A stretch of DNA of 64,000 nucleotides from Sphaerodactylus townsendi (lineage: Eukaryota), in contig NC_059427.1 in NCBI RefSeq assembly GCF_021028975.2, positions 101,680,001 to 101,744,000 of the forward strand, given 5' to 3'. This document shows positions 36,604-49,740 of this stretch, piece by piece. Position 1 is the stretch's first letter, and every line of letters begins with the position of its first letter. The translations under genes were made by a program, and so were the position numbers. The notes under the pieces are model-generated. The model was not told where the DNA came from. It saw only the letters and a program-made list of their open reading frames with translations, and did no database searches.

Positions 36604-39257
36604 TCCTAGTGCCTGTTCCTCTGACAACAGAGGAAGAAATGAATTAAATATTTACTGTAAATTCGATTTTTGGTTTCTGGTTACACATTCTGTTTAACTT
36701 CAATATTTAATTCCTTCATATAAAATTAAACTTCTGTTATCTCTTCAGTTAGCCAGAATCACTAGCATTTCTGACTAATTTACTAGGTATTACATTACCC
36801 AAGACCAGCACTCTCATTGTGCAACTGACTGTCAAAGGAAAGCTGTTTTCAGGGTGCCCCTTGCAATCCACTGAAAAAATATATAAAAATTGAGAAATCT
36901 TAGTATCCAACATGCACTCGAACACAGATTATAATAATTGAATATTATATACGTTAGTAAATGTGATATGTATGGCTTCACGTAGCCATATGTTTACAGC
37001 TACTGCTAGGGCCCTTGTACAGACACCAATGTTAATTGTTTGTCAGACTGTGACTCACAGAAAGAAAATAAAAGCCACCAGAACTGTGATCTTGTTCTTT
37101 CTTTTACTTTTAAATTGAAAGAGTGAATCTTTTCTTCCAAACTGAGATCTTGTGTGCCAAGTTGCAGCCTACAGCAAATTTTTATGGCTGAGTTATAAAC
37201 CCCTGCAAAATGGGGTTTTGTAATGGAAATGAGACACATGATGAATGGGTCACTTTATTTAATTAGCATTCTTTTATCCTCCCCCTCCCCTTCCTTCTTG
37301 ACTACAGAAGATGCTGTACCAGCTCTTCTTCTCTTCTCTTATCTGCCTCTTATGATCCTGTGTATCTCCACAGGGTCAGAAAGAGGACATTTTTTATTGG
37401 TACTAATGAGGGGAAAGACAGGCAAAGAAAATATTTCACTCTGATTTAGTGCACTTTAAGTAGAATTGATTCAAGCAGTTTGTTTTCCCTCATCCTTTCT
37501 AAAGATTTACCACCATCTCTTCTAACTCTTTTGACCTGTGTGTAGTCATAGGAGGATGAGGAATGTCAGAGCTCTTCTGCACTAGCAATCCAAAATAGTT
37601 CTTATGTATTTTTTATTATTAGTTTAATGCCACCATTAGCAGTTCTAGCACAGCTTCACAAGTATTGAAGTTAGTATGGTCATACTACACTGCTTTGTGC
37701 CTCCTTGTTGTACACCCTTAAAAATTAAGTTGAGGTAACATGTTCATTTTGCTGAGGAGCATTGTCCGTCCCTTGCTACTGATAACTGCAAAGGTATCAA
37801 ACCCATTTTACTCAGCAGTTGTATCTTTTTATTATATTATTTGCTTTAGCATTTACTCACATATTTTAAGTGTGTGGGGTTTTCTTTTTTTAAAGCAAGA
37901 GTAGACTTTTGGTGTAGCACAAAAAACTCCTGCACATACCCACTCACTTCCATAGCATTCTCCTCAAATCAGTTATTTTATTAGTGCAATTATTTGTGCA
38001 TGTACTCACATATGCACACTTTGCATACAGCTATTCGTCCCCCTAGAAAGTTTTGGGCTGATGTTTTCACAAAGGAATAGCAGGGATTGGGACAAGAAAG
38101 TATTAGAATCTGTAACACAATATCAAGTTCTGCTAACATCAAAATCCAAATCACCTTCAAGCAATTTAATGAAAACATTATTAGAGAGAAGACAGTGTGG
38201 TAGAAGTGGTTTGAACACATATTTGTTGAATTATCAGACATTTGTTTTCACTACAGAAGACTGTAGGGATGCCAGTATTGGGATTTAGGGATTATCCCAA
38301 ATTATATATTGTGCAGACTACACATAACGGTTTTCCTGGAGGAAATGGATGCTTTGAATGTGGATTCTATGGCATTGTTCCCCATTAAGGTCCCTGTCCT
38401 CCCCAGACTCCATCCCCAAATCTCAAGGTGTTCTCCAATCAGGAGCTGGCAAATTCCCCCCCCCCACACACACACACACAGCTGGGGGGGAGGGGGAACC
38501 TGGCAAACCGGGGAGACCTGGAAGTCCTTGAAGACAGGTATTCATTTCTACAGTGTTTTTGCTGCGGGACGACTGAAGGAATATTCAGGCATGTAATCCA
38601 GTGAATGCACACATATACATTCATACCTGTTGTCAGAATTTTATTCTATATAATGTCCTTCCCAAGGCAAATCAGAAAAAATAGCCATGGAGAAAAGTTG
38701 ATAAATTGCCTGAATTGACAGGAATGAATGGCAAAGCTTTTTGAGGCAGATGAACCTTTTACATATGTCACGCTTCTATCTGGCTTTTGGATTGAGAAAG
38801 AAATTCTTCAATTTTCATGTGAACTATATATAAATACTACAAAACCTCTAGACCTGTTTTTTCTTGTTCATTAAGTGGCAATCCCATGGAAATATACGTT
38901 GTCATTAATAGTGCTTTCTTAGTGAAATTCCATACCATTTTCTTACACCATTGAGCTTAGAAGATCCTGGTTTTCCATTTTGAGCAAAAACTGAATCCAC
39001 ACAGTGCTGAAAGGCTTTCACTTCTGTCAGTCATGAAGCACCTCTTCTATCTTCTTAGGTAGGGCTGTCTTCAAACTACTTAAACATCAAGGGAAAAAGA
39101 CAAGCACTCAACAACCATTTATGCATATAACCATCCAAACACTTTGATCTCTACAGGTCAACACTTGTATATATTTGGTGTGTAGTTCCTGCTGCCAGTT
39201 TGTTTCAGTATGAAATGCAAATTAATCTTCCTTTCTTCTTTAATCCTTTGTTAAAAG

Positions 39258-39397
39258 TTGTTCTTGCCCAATCGGATTTGAAGGGGAAAAATGTGAAATT
39301 AATCCAGATGACTGTGAAGATAATGATTGTGAGAACAACTCAACTTGTGTAGATGGGACCAACAACTATGCCTGTCTTTGTCTTCCCAACTTTACAG
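39258..39397 (+). CDS. SLIT3: SLIT3 exon (140 nt), EGF2 end/EGF3: [46 protein letters not shown](G)
   Basis: AAG acceptor after a pyrimidine tract and donor GTAAGC. Contains the [17 protein letters not shown] signature. Phase 2-1. Confidence 0.95.
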
Positions 39398-39861
39398 GTA
39401 AGCAAAAACCACTGCTTGAGATATATCATAAGGGTTGTGGGAAATGCAACTGGGGATGTTTAGGCATATCAACTAACAACTTGAAAAAGTAGGTGGAGTC
39501 GGAGGAAGCCCCTTTTGTGGTTTTTCAAAAATATGAAAAAATCTTTGTCACGGGCAAAGGGTGGGAGTGGAGACACCTTGAAATCCTACAATCTGAATGC
39601 ATGAACAGAGCCAGTCCTGTCCTTTTTGGACAAAGAAGTTTGAATAAACACATTTTGTAGTGCTAGAGCTCTCCAAACATCCTTTTCTCCCTATTGATCT
39701 GCTATGGTTGTTCTCCTTCTCCTTTTCTGTTATGTAAGCAGCTTGATTATGATACAGAACTAGGGGAAAGAATATTAAAGAAAATTTGAGCAGAGATAAA
39801 AAGTTGGAGTGATTTTTTTAATGGATGGGAATGGGCTTTGTTGTAGCTGTCTAGAATACTA

Positions 39862-41771
39862 GGACCCGACGGGTTCCCCCCAGAGTTATTTAAGAACTTT
39901 GTTGACTGGTGGTCCCCGGTACTAGCAGCTCTTTTTACATCCGTTAATCAAACAGCTCTTGTACCATCAGATTGGACCCATGCGATTATAATTCCTGTCT
40001 TCAAAAAGGGAGATTTTTTGCTCCCTTCCAATTACCGTCCGATTAGTTTATTGTCCATCACTGGCAAGGTATATGCAAAATATTTGCACAATAAACTCTC
40101 TTCATGGATTACAGAAAACAAAATCATTGGCCCAGAACAAATAGGATTTCAACATGGGAAATCTACTTTAGATCATTGTTTGATCCTTAGGACTCTCGTC
40201 ACAAAATACACCAGCGGAAGCAAATCATCCCTGTTTGTGGCCTTTTTGGACTTAAAGGGGGCATTTGACTCTGTCTCCAGAAATCTACTGTGGAGAAAAC
40301 TTGTTAATCTAGGAATTGACAGAAGGCTACTTACACTAGTAATGGCCTTACATCATGACACTACCTGTCAAGTCAAATGCTCTCCTGATGGTATACTTAG
40401 TCCTTATATATACCAATTAACAGGGGTGTCAAACAGGGGTGTGTTTTGGCCCCAACCCTATTTAATCTTTTTTTAAGTGATCTGGCTTCCTTTTTGATGG
40501 AGGATTCCTCGCACTGCCCTGCTTTGAATCATATGAACATACCTTTACTTTTGTATGCTGATGACGCTATATTACTCTCCCGTACAAAAGCTGGCTTGAA
40601 ATGCTTACTGGCACGCTGTGTTGAATATTGTAGTCATAATAACCTGACGCTTAATTTTGCAAAGTCAAAAAATAATGGTTTTTGCTTGTTCTTGGAGACC
40701 ATTTAGTTGGCCAATAAATAATGAACAGCTTGAACAGGTCAAACATTTTAAATACCTGGGTCTCCACTTTAATTATAACTCCTCTTGGGTTACCCAAAGG
40801 AAATTGGCCATTGAATCAAGCAAACTTAGTTGCAAGGCCATTAGCCGCTATTTTCGCACCAAAGGTCATGAATTTGTACCTGCAGCCATTAAGGCATTTA
40901 ATGCTAAAATCACCATGCAATTACTATACGGAATCCCACTGTGGATACAAGCATGGAGCTGCGATATGGAAAGAGTTCAGTCATGCTTTCTCTATAGTAT
41001 ACTCGGCTTACCTCACTCAGTCCCATATGCTGCGGTCTGTTTGGAGGTGGGCCAACATCTACTCCATACAAGAGCATGGTGCATGACCTTCCAATTCTGG
41101 ATACCACTGTGCTTTAACAACTGTCACAAAAGTTTTACCTATCAGGCTCTTTCTTTCATAGCCAAAACTAAGTGGTGGTCCTTTGTTGAGGCGAAAATCC
41201 ATGAAATGGGTCTATCCTTGGATGCATTGGCTTTAATGAATGCCAATGAGCTAAAGCTGACTATCAAAAAGAGATTGTATGATCTTGAGTATAGTCACCT
41301 GATGCAGCAGGCTAATAAACGCTGCTCTCCCTTGCACTTGGGTATACCATTAAAACCCTATACCATGGCCAAGTATTTCCATTTGGTCTTAGAACCCAAA
41401 CTGCGACGAGCCCTGACCCTTGCCAGGTGCAATATTCTCCCTTCAGCTACCACTCAGGGCAGAATACAGAAAGTGCCTTTTAATGAAAGATTTTGTCCCT
41501 GCAGTTCAGCTTACGAAGAATCAATCCAACACGTGATATTACACTGCCCGCTACACAGTTTAACCAGGAATAAATATCTAAACCCGTGGTTAAAACCCCC
41601 CATTGATAATATTAATCTATCAATTGTGGTAACGATGTTGGATTGTGGTTCTGTCATCAGCAAACGGTTATAACTGTACTGGAGATTGTATCATTACACT
41701 GAGGTCGCCATTTTTCTGGTATATTGCTGCTGTTTTAATTATGCCATTAAAGGTTTATATATATATATATA
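39862..41771 (+). mobile_element. 5'-truncated non-LTR retrotransposon (RTE-X-like), reverse transcriptase domain plus C-terminal zinc-finger-like motif, frameshifted
   Basis: Motifs GPDG, PVFKKG, NYRPISLLS, QIGF, FLDLKGAFDSV, GVKQGCVLAPTLFNLF, LLYADD, FKYLG and RFCPC..EESIQHVILHC. Ends in attaaagg + (TA)n. Clade assignment is tentative. Confidence 0.9.
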
Positions 41772-42289
41772 CAAGGAAGAAGTGGTAGGTTCAAGCTTCA
41801 GCCTTTTCACTGGTCCAGAATAGTCTCTACCTCATTCTTTTTGTGTGTATAGCGATAGGCAGCAGTTGATGATGTAAAAGTGTTCTGTGGATGAGCATTG
41901 TAGAGTATAGATGAGCATTATAGATGAGCACTTTTTTACACTACATCAGATAATTGTTTGGATGTTGTGGTTTTTCTGGGATCTGGTGGAAGTAAGGATG
42001 TGGAGTATATATACCTGTGAAGCACCCAGGGTGGGAGAAAGAACCATTTGCATTTGTTAAAGTGTAAAAGGTACAGTTTTGCAAATGTAATTTGCATGTG
42101 TTGTGTGGAATTCCCCCATTTTAGCATTTGTATGTAACACTGAAGTTGCATAATCAGTTAGTAAGGGAATTTGCGTATCAGTTTGCCTGTGCATTTAGAT
42201 ACTCATTTACATTTTATTGCTTCCTGCAGAGAGACAACCTGAGTCTGGATGGTGTTCATTAACCATTGTCTTGATTCTAGTGTTTTTAA

Positions 42290-42632
42290 GTACTGACAGC
42301 CACTCTGGACCACTCTGACAGCCACTATGTTAGACTACACAGAGAAGCCATTGAAATCCACAAGCTCATGGACAATTTCAACAGAAAGGAAGAAACTATG
42401 AAAATGAACAAAATTTGGATTACACTTGCAAAACTGCATCTTTAACACTTTTAACAAATGTAAATGGTTCTTTCTTCCATTCTGGGCGTTTCACACCTCC
42501 ACCAGATCCTCTGAAGATGCCAGCCATAGATTCAGGCAAAATGTCAGGAGAAAATACTACTGGAACACGGCCACACAACCCAGAAAACCCACAACATCCT
42601 TGTGATTCCGGACGTGAAAGTCTTTGACAATA
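42290..42632 (+). mobile_element. Penelope-like 3' fragment (endonuclease C-terminus + pLTR with mutated hammerhead at 42507-42549)
   Basis: Encodes LDHSDSHYVRLHREAIEIHKLMDNFNRKEETMKMNKIW. The pLTR reads tcctCTGAAGA...ggcAAAAtgTCagga (GAAA changed to AAAA). Confidence 0.85.
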
Positions 42633-45600
42633 CATAAGCAATTGTTAAGTAATAGTACTAATAAAATAAATTTCAGAAGTTGGAGCAAGCTTGGGAAGGG
42701 GTCCAAATGAAAAAAATATTGAGAATCACAAGCCTAACTATAGATGTTCTTTGGGGCATTCTGTAGTGATCATTTGTGTATGGAGTAGGGAGCAAAGAAA
42801 CACTGAGGCTAGGGCTGCTAACCTCCAAGTGGCACCAGGAGATCTCCTGCTATTCCAGTTGATTTCCATACAACCAAGATCAGTTACCCAGGCCTAGAGG
42901 AAGTGGCTGCTGTATGGCATTATACCCTACTGAGGTCCTTCCCAAACCCCACCAGAGCTGGCAACTCTAACTGAGACCTTATTAACTGTTTGCTCATTGC
43001 TGTGCGTATCTTTATTGTAAATCAAGCACTGCTGTTAAAACTGCAATTAAATGAAATGTTAGATCAGTTAAACAAATATGTGACTTTTCACCCTGGCTAT
43101 CATCCCAGGCAGAGTTAACCATGATTAGGCTCACTGGTAACAGTAACTGGTAATGAATGGGTGGCGAAAGTCAGGGATTCTGGCTACAGTGTTTGCGGCA
43201 TGAAAGCCTGGGTGGAAGCCTATAGTTGGTTCCACCCCTGAGAATGCTCTGAAGTGCCCTTGCTGCACAGACAGGGCTGGTGGCCATGCAGGAGCACTGA
43301 TGTCAACTCCAGCTACTCATTTTGCTATTCCAGAGAGCTGCAGCATCTGGACATTCTGCCCTTCCGTCGTGTTTAGTGTCCTGGGGAGGGTAAATCTGCT
43401 GACACAGATTTGTGTCGCATCCAGAGAGTGGTTCACCTCCCCCTTTGGATGGGGTTGTAGAATACATAGCTGAATATATACCTTGTCCAGAGTTTTATCA
43501 CCTTAGCTCTCACATTTGACCCGAGAAACTATACATTTTAAGAGTCTTGTTCCAATTCAAAGAGTGCCTTGAAAGCAAATTTTGAAGGCTTGTTTTCCTT
43601 ATTATCCAGTGTAAGCTTTAGATCTTTCCTCCTTCTTCATCTCCCAATTGTCCAAGGTTTTATGAGTTGAAAGTATATTAGCCCAAGGATCTTAGAATAC
43701 AATCTCCCAAGACATAGGATATTTGTTGCATTCTGGGGCCCCTAAATATAACTCCCTACACTCACTATTCAGTGGTAAGGGGGAAAAAAGCTATATACTT
43801 TTAAACCATGAACACTTGAACTGGTCTTGTTACTCTCTGAGCTACAGACACTTAGTGAAAGGCTCCTTGTAAGCTGGAGTGTATTACATATCATGGGATT
43901 TAATAAGTATCAGGTTTGAGGCAACTTGGTAAGTAAATCTAAAATTTCCCAAACTCTTAAAATATTATTTGGGGCCCATTTGGGATGTGTGTGTAAATGG
44001 TTGACTGGGAAAGAACTTAAACTTGAATGAAAACTAATTAGTTTTTTTAACCATCTTTCTGCTGGAAACTTTTACAAGACTTGAATTCAGCAGAATTCAG
44101 CTATTGGTACTTGATGTACTGAATCTAAGTATCCTATTAATTTTTAATCTGTACTTTTGTTTTCCATATGTTTAATGGGTTGGAATGGCTCAGGCAAAGA
44201 AACCTGCTTTCCTATAGCATGGCTAAAGGTGTTTTCCAGCAACAAATTTAAGGTGTAATAGAGCCAGATCCATTGCAAGCTCACTGAAAATATTTTTGAA
44301 AGATACCCTAACTTGGATTTCACTGACTTTCAATTAGTCATTTCTGACTTCAAAATAGATCGTATCTAAAACTCTGGGCACAAGAAGTCAAGTTGTCAGG
44401 GAGTTTTGAAATCATATTTCACTTAAGTACAACTCACTTGTAAAGATTTTGAAACTGTTTTACCTGCTAGAATGTTTGTCTTAATTATCTCAAGGACATG
44501 GTTCACAAACAACTAGTATTTAGATATGAATCACAAATAATTTACTTTGTACTCCAAGAAAATCTCTTTTGATGTTGGTGGGAAAATATAATTTTTTCCT
44601 GCTTTGTGCCCAGTGCACAGATTAGAGCTACTCCTTTCACTTATCTTAAAAATATCAGAGCTGAGCCTGACAAGTCTCCCTCAGAAAAGAAGAGGGACAC
44701 TTGGCAGCTAATTGCCCCACAGTTTCTAGGCCAGCAGGGACCCAGAACTCAGATAGACCACACATCACAAACATTGGACTAGAAAGCCCATGGGCTCATG
44801 AATGGAAACTGGATTTGGAGGCCACAAAGGAGTCTGTCAGAGAAACCCAACCTTCTCTAGGAATTCCACAGGTAGCACCAGTCCCTGGAGAACAGAAACA
44901 ACCTGGATAGGGGCTCCTGAAGCAGAATGCCCATATGGATTCTCAGGACATCTCCTCTGCCCACAAGGCTTGTGACAATCAGGATCCTTCGTGAGGTTTT
45001 GCAGGATGCTGGACTCAGTCCATCTGTATGTATCTGCAGGATTCTGGCCCTAGGGACAGCTGTACTCTGTCACCTTCAGTCCTTCCTGGGTGATTGTGGG
45101 ATCAACAGCTCCATTAGAGTTTGCTGTTGCCTACCTTGATTGCTGCCAACTTGGACTCCTGGTTGGTTTAACTCAGGTCTGCTGGTGCTCAAAGAGTCCT
45201 GACCTTCTTGAAATTATGCTCAGACATGGGAACTATACTGCATCAAAACTGCATATTGGATAAATTTGTACATAGTCAAGACAGAAAGCATTTTTTCTCC
45301 AACATCTGGTCTGCAACTGGATAGAAATAAATCAAGTAGCGGTTCTACTTTATTTAACAGACAAGTTGTATAATTTAATGGCCAGTAATACCTTAACTGA
45401 TGCCAGGCAGGATGAAGGACTTGTATTCCAGTTCGTAAGGAACGGAGTAATCATCACATAAGTATGACTGGTATCTTGCATCCAAATGGATCACAAGAGA
45501 CCAGAATGGACTGGCAGTTAGTAGGTTTCTGCTTGAGTATATAGTAGTTGGTAGACAGATGATAAAAATGACAGTAAAATCTCATTGATATTTAGCCTTG

Positions 45601-45907
45601 CTCGCCTTTTATCCCAGGTTCCCAAATATAGAACAAATAAAAATGGCAAGAGTCTTTGACATTAAACATCTCTTGCTACTTAAACTTGTAATCAATATAA
45701 AATGATATTTTATTTTATTTTCTGCTTTCTGTGTGATCCTGTTTGATAACTTCAATAATTTGTAAACCTACCATCTTTTAAGGGTTTCTATTTTCTCATA
45801 CAGGCATTTGGAAAATTACTGCCACTATTTTGGGAAGATGTTGAGATAAAAAATATTATGCTGGCCTGATCAACTAACAGTTTCATATCTTGCTTTAGTA
45901 AAGTTGT

Positions 45908-46449
45908 CATAAGAACATAAGAACTAGCCTGCTGGATCAGACCAGAGTCCATCTAGTCCAGCACTCTGCTACTCGCAGTGGCCTACCAAATGCCTTTGGG
46001 AGCTCACATGCAGGATGTGAAAGCAATGGCCTTTTGCTGCTGCTGCTCCTGAGCACCTGGTCTGCTAAGGCATTTGCAGTCTGAGATCAAGGAGGATCAA
46101 GATTGGTAGCCATAGATCAGTGGTGGCGAACCTTTGGCACTCCAGATGTTATGGACTACAATTCCCATCAGCCCCTGCCAGGGGCTGCTGGCAGGGGCTG
46201 ATGGGAATTGTAGTCCATAACATCTGGAGTGCCAAAGGTTTGCCACCACAGCCATAGATCGACTTCTCCTCCATAAATCTGTCCAAGCCCCTTTTTAAAG
46301 CTATCCAGGTTAGTGGCCATCACCACCTCCTGTGGCAGCATATTCCAAACACCAATCACACGTTGCGTGAAGAAATGTTTCCTTTTATTAGTCCTAATTC
46401 TTCCCCCCAGCATTTTCAATGAATGCCCCCTGGTTCTAGTATTGTGAGA
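45908..46449 (-). mobile_element. CR1 LINE 3' fragment interrupted by a MITE
   Basis: Minus peptide SHNTRTRGHSLKMLGGRIRTNKRKHFFTQRVIGVWNMLPQEVV is identical to the copy at 63.7 kb. (GTTCTTAT)n-type CR1 tail. Confidence 0.92.
46118..46251. mobile_element. Palindromic hAT MITE, 8-bp TSD CCATAGAT, nested in CR1
   Basis: Termini CAGTGGTGGCGAACC...GGTTTGCCACCACAG. TSD at 46110-46117 and 46252-46259. Confidence 0.93.
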
Positions 46450-49002
46450 TGTCCTGACATTCATTACAATTATGTTGTCTTAATTTTGTTTCTCAATATA
46501 TTCTATACAATTCAATGAAAAAGATACACCGTCCAAAGTCCAAAAGGGGAGGGGCGGTATAAATATCTAAGTAAATAAATAAATAAAACTAGAACTTGCT
46601 TTTCCTTAAGATATGTCTATTTTTTTAAAAGACAAATACGTAGAGGATAGCTCTATCAATGGCTATTATTGCATGACATATAAATAAATATGTCCAAGGG
46701 AATTTGAACATCATCTTTTGGGAGCATTCTCTCAAACTAACCAATCTCACAGGGTTATTGTGAGGATAGAATGGAGGCAAGGAGAACCTTTGGGGATTAA
46801 GCAGTGGGGAAAGACAGGGAATAAAGTAAATAAATGCAATAAAATAAAAATACAGCGTTGGAGGGCAGTTGTCTACATGTCCTGTGGTGGGCTTTTCAGA
46901 AGCATCCATATCAAGTTCTCTTTAAACATTCTTAGCTGCTATTCCTGCTGCACTATTAAAGGTGAAGATCTGCAGCGCAAACTAACAGCCCTAAATATTG
47001 CCAGTCACTGGTGTCAAAGATTCTAGTAAAAATGGTTACAATTGTACTTCTTTGTGTTAATGCACATTCAGCAAGTGGCAAATATCAGCAAATGTTAGAC
47101 CACTACATTTGTCCTGGTTTCCCTGACCCTAGTTTTCTATTTGATTATCTTTGGTCTTTCCCCCCCCCAATCTTGAGGTTCCGCAGAAGTTGCTCTTGCA
47201 TAAAGCAGAGCATATTTTCCATGTCTTCTTAACTCATTTTGATAAATATTACCAATAAATGTTTAAAAAAAGCCCTAATTAATACTGCAGACAGTAAAAG
47301 TATACAACACATGATATTCAGCTGTATTTAAACCAGTGGGCTGTTAAGATCAAAGCAAGGTTTGTACGGATTCCACACTCAGGTTTTTCTCCATTTTAGC
47401 AACTCTACCTTATACCATTTTCCCCTACAAGACAGCATCCTACTGTTTAAATTCTAAATGGGCCATTTTTTTTCCTGGCATGGCCTTGCTGGAATGATGA
47501 GAAGAAGGGAAAATATGCCTTTTATTTGAATTAAAACACCTTCTTAGCATTTTCACAGTGAACTGTCTTGGTGTTCTTCTTGATGCTAACAAAATTGAGA
47601 TTTTAAAAAATTATTCTGGGCGGGGGAGTTAGGGACCCAAGTCCTTTACATTGTTACTGTACTATGGCAGGGCAAGTGGCAAGTGTCTTTCTCCGCTCTC
47701 TCAATTCACATTTGGAAAGTATTAAGTACTGTCTTCCATTTCTCCAATGGAAGAGGGCCAATAATTTTTTCAAGATAGATGACCACAAGGGGACGCCAAG
47801 AACCTTCCAGCAAGTAGCATTACCAAACGACTCAAGTGTTATTATTTTGGAGCAGCACTATATAAGTATGCAGGGATTATTGTGAAATGCATTTGGTGTG
47901 GAAAGTAAACCTCTGGTAACAAAGATTTGTCTCATATGGAATCTCTTCTGCAAGTATGAATTGAATAATTGCTCTTGCAATGTGACCACCATGGAAAAAA
48001 AAACCCTTTGTGGAATCAGCAGTAGATTTTTTAAAAATGAGATTTGATCACCCAATGAATATACCTTTCATTAATCAAGAAATGATATTGTATCAGATTG
48101 TAGAGATTAGAATACTGAATGAAACTTGAAATGAAAAGTATACAGTTTGATATGGCAATTCCATTGTCATAAACTGCCAAATAATTAAATAAGGTCAACA
48201 GGAGATTGTTTTGATGCTCTCTGTTGTGTTTGTTGCTCTGGTTTTGAAGTCATGGGAGATCATGCGAGTCAGTATGAAATACGTCCTCAGTTAAACTTCA
48301 TGATTGCAGGCCTAAAACAGCATTTGTTGTTCTCCCTAGTATTTATAAGAACAGAGAAAATAATGTAGACTTCTTTGCTTGATAGACATTGTCAGTTCTG
48401 TAAATTTGATGTATCCTCCAGTTTTTTAATATATTTGCACGACAGTTCCTGTAAGGAAATAAAATTCAGTGTATGTAGGTAAGGCTGAAGCCAAATGTGA
48501 ACTTGTGAACTGAGTTGTTAAATCCCTAAAAAAAATGGGCAGGAAAGATGACTTAAGTTTTAACAAGGGCAGATGGAAAGAGATACTGTAGTCTTCCTTG
48601 TTCACAGTAACCTTTTCGATCCTCTCTTGCTAGCTGCTTATCTTCTGGTAGGCCTCCAAAAGGCCAAGATTTTAAAAAACAGCTCAGGAAAAGCAATGGG
48701 GGGGGGGGTAGCCAAAAATGGTGGGGTCTGTCCCTTTTTAGGATGGGGAATTAGTGAAGATAGACCTTGCTTGCAAGAAGCGGTAACCACAGACCTTTGT
48801 CACCAGAGTTTATGGAGTTTGTTCATCAGAAATCCACAGGCGTCAGAAAATAAAGTTTAACAATTTTTATTGGAAAATAACATAATAAACTTACATATAC
48901 TTAATGGTAAAACACAAGTACACAGAGAATTTCAAGAGTCCAAAGATGTAGAAAGAAGTGAGGGGATAGGTCTGGAATAGAGCAGGTTGTTCCAGGAATG
49001 GC

Positions 49003-49052
49003 TACAGCTCTGAGATATGGACAATATTACAGCTCTGAGATATGGACAATAT
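49003..49052. repeat. Perfect 25-bp tandem duplication tacagctctgagatatggacaatat
   Basis: Direct read. Confidence 0.92.
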
Positions 49053-49079
49053 TATGTAAAGAGACTTGTTTAATAAAAG

Positions 49080-49300
49080 TAACATGGAAGTTTTTTACTG
49101 AAAATGAAAACAGAAACAGGGTTAAAGAGAACATGATTAAATGGGTCCAAGACTTAAAGTAATTGGTTTAGAAAAGTGGGAAAAGATATAAACAAAAAGG
49201 TTAAAATTAAGTTACTATACAATTCTGAAAGGAAATGTTGGTATTTATATCCGATTAAATTAGCTAAAATGTATTCAAATGTTTTGGAAGTTTGTTGGAG
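49080..49300 (+). mobile_element. L1/Tx1-type ORF2 fragment
   Basis: Peptide WYLYPIKLAKMYSNVLEVCWR resembles the L1/Tx1 ORF2 C-terminal region. Confidence 0.5.
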
Positions 49301-49740
49301 AATCTGGGGAAATTTTGGGGATGCCTACTGTCAGGGGTGCAATTGTTAAGCTAGCAGCACCAAACGTTTAGGGTATCTTTAGGAAACTCTCCTGATGATA
49401 ACACCCAGATTTGGTGAAGTTTGGTTCAGGGGGTCCAAAGTTATGGACCCTCAAAGGTGTAGTCCCCATCTCCTATTAGCTCCCATTGGAAACAATGGGG
49501 GATGGGGCGCCCCTTTTGGGAGTTCATAACTTTGGATCCCCTGAACCAAACCTCACCAAATCTGGTTGGTGTCATCAGGAGAGTCTCCTGAAAAATCCCT
49601 GAAACGTTGGTTCTGCTAGCCTAAAAACTGCGTCCTCTGCAGGCCAAAAACTGAAAAAATACAAAAAATACAGAAATGAACTTGAAATTTTTGCGCCCCC
49701 CATGTGACCAAATGGGGGGCGCCCTAGGCAAATACGCCTC
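49298..49740. mobile_element. Internally palindromic non-autonomous DNA element (copy 1)
   Basis: Homologous to 53022-53480. Long inverted arms (tttggtgaagtttggttcagggggtccaaagttatg / cataactttggatcccctgaaccaaacctcaccaaa). Confidence 0.8.

Noticed and set aside
40018-41673. Possible active or domesticated reverse transcriptase gene
   Set aside because: 5'-truncated with no endonuclease domain, and split by frameshifts.
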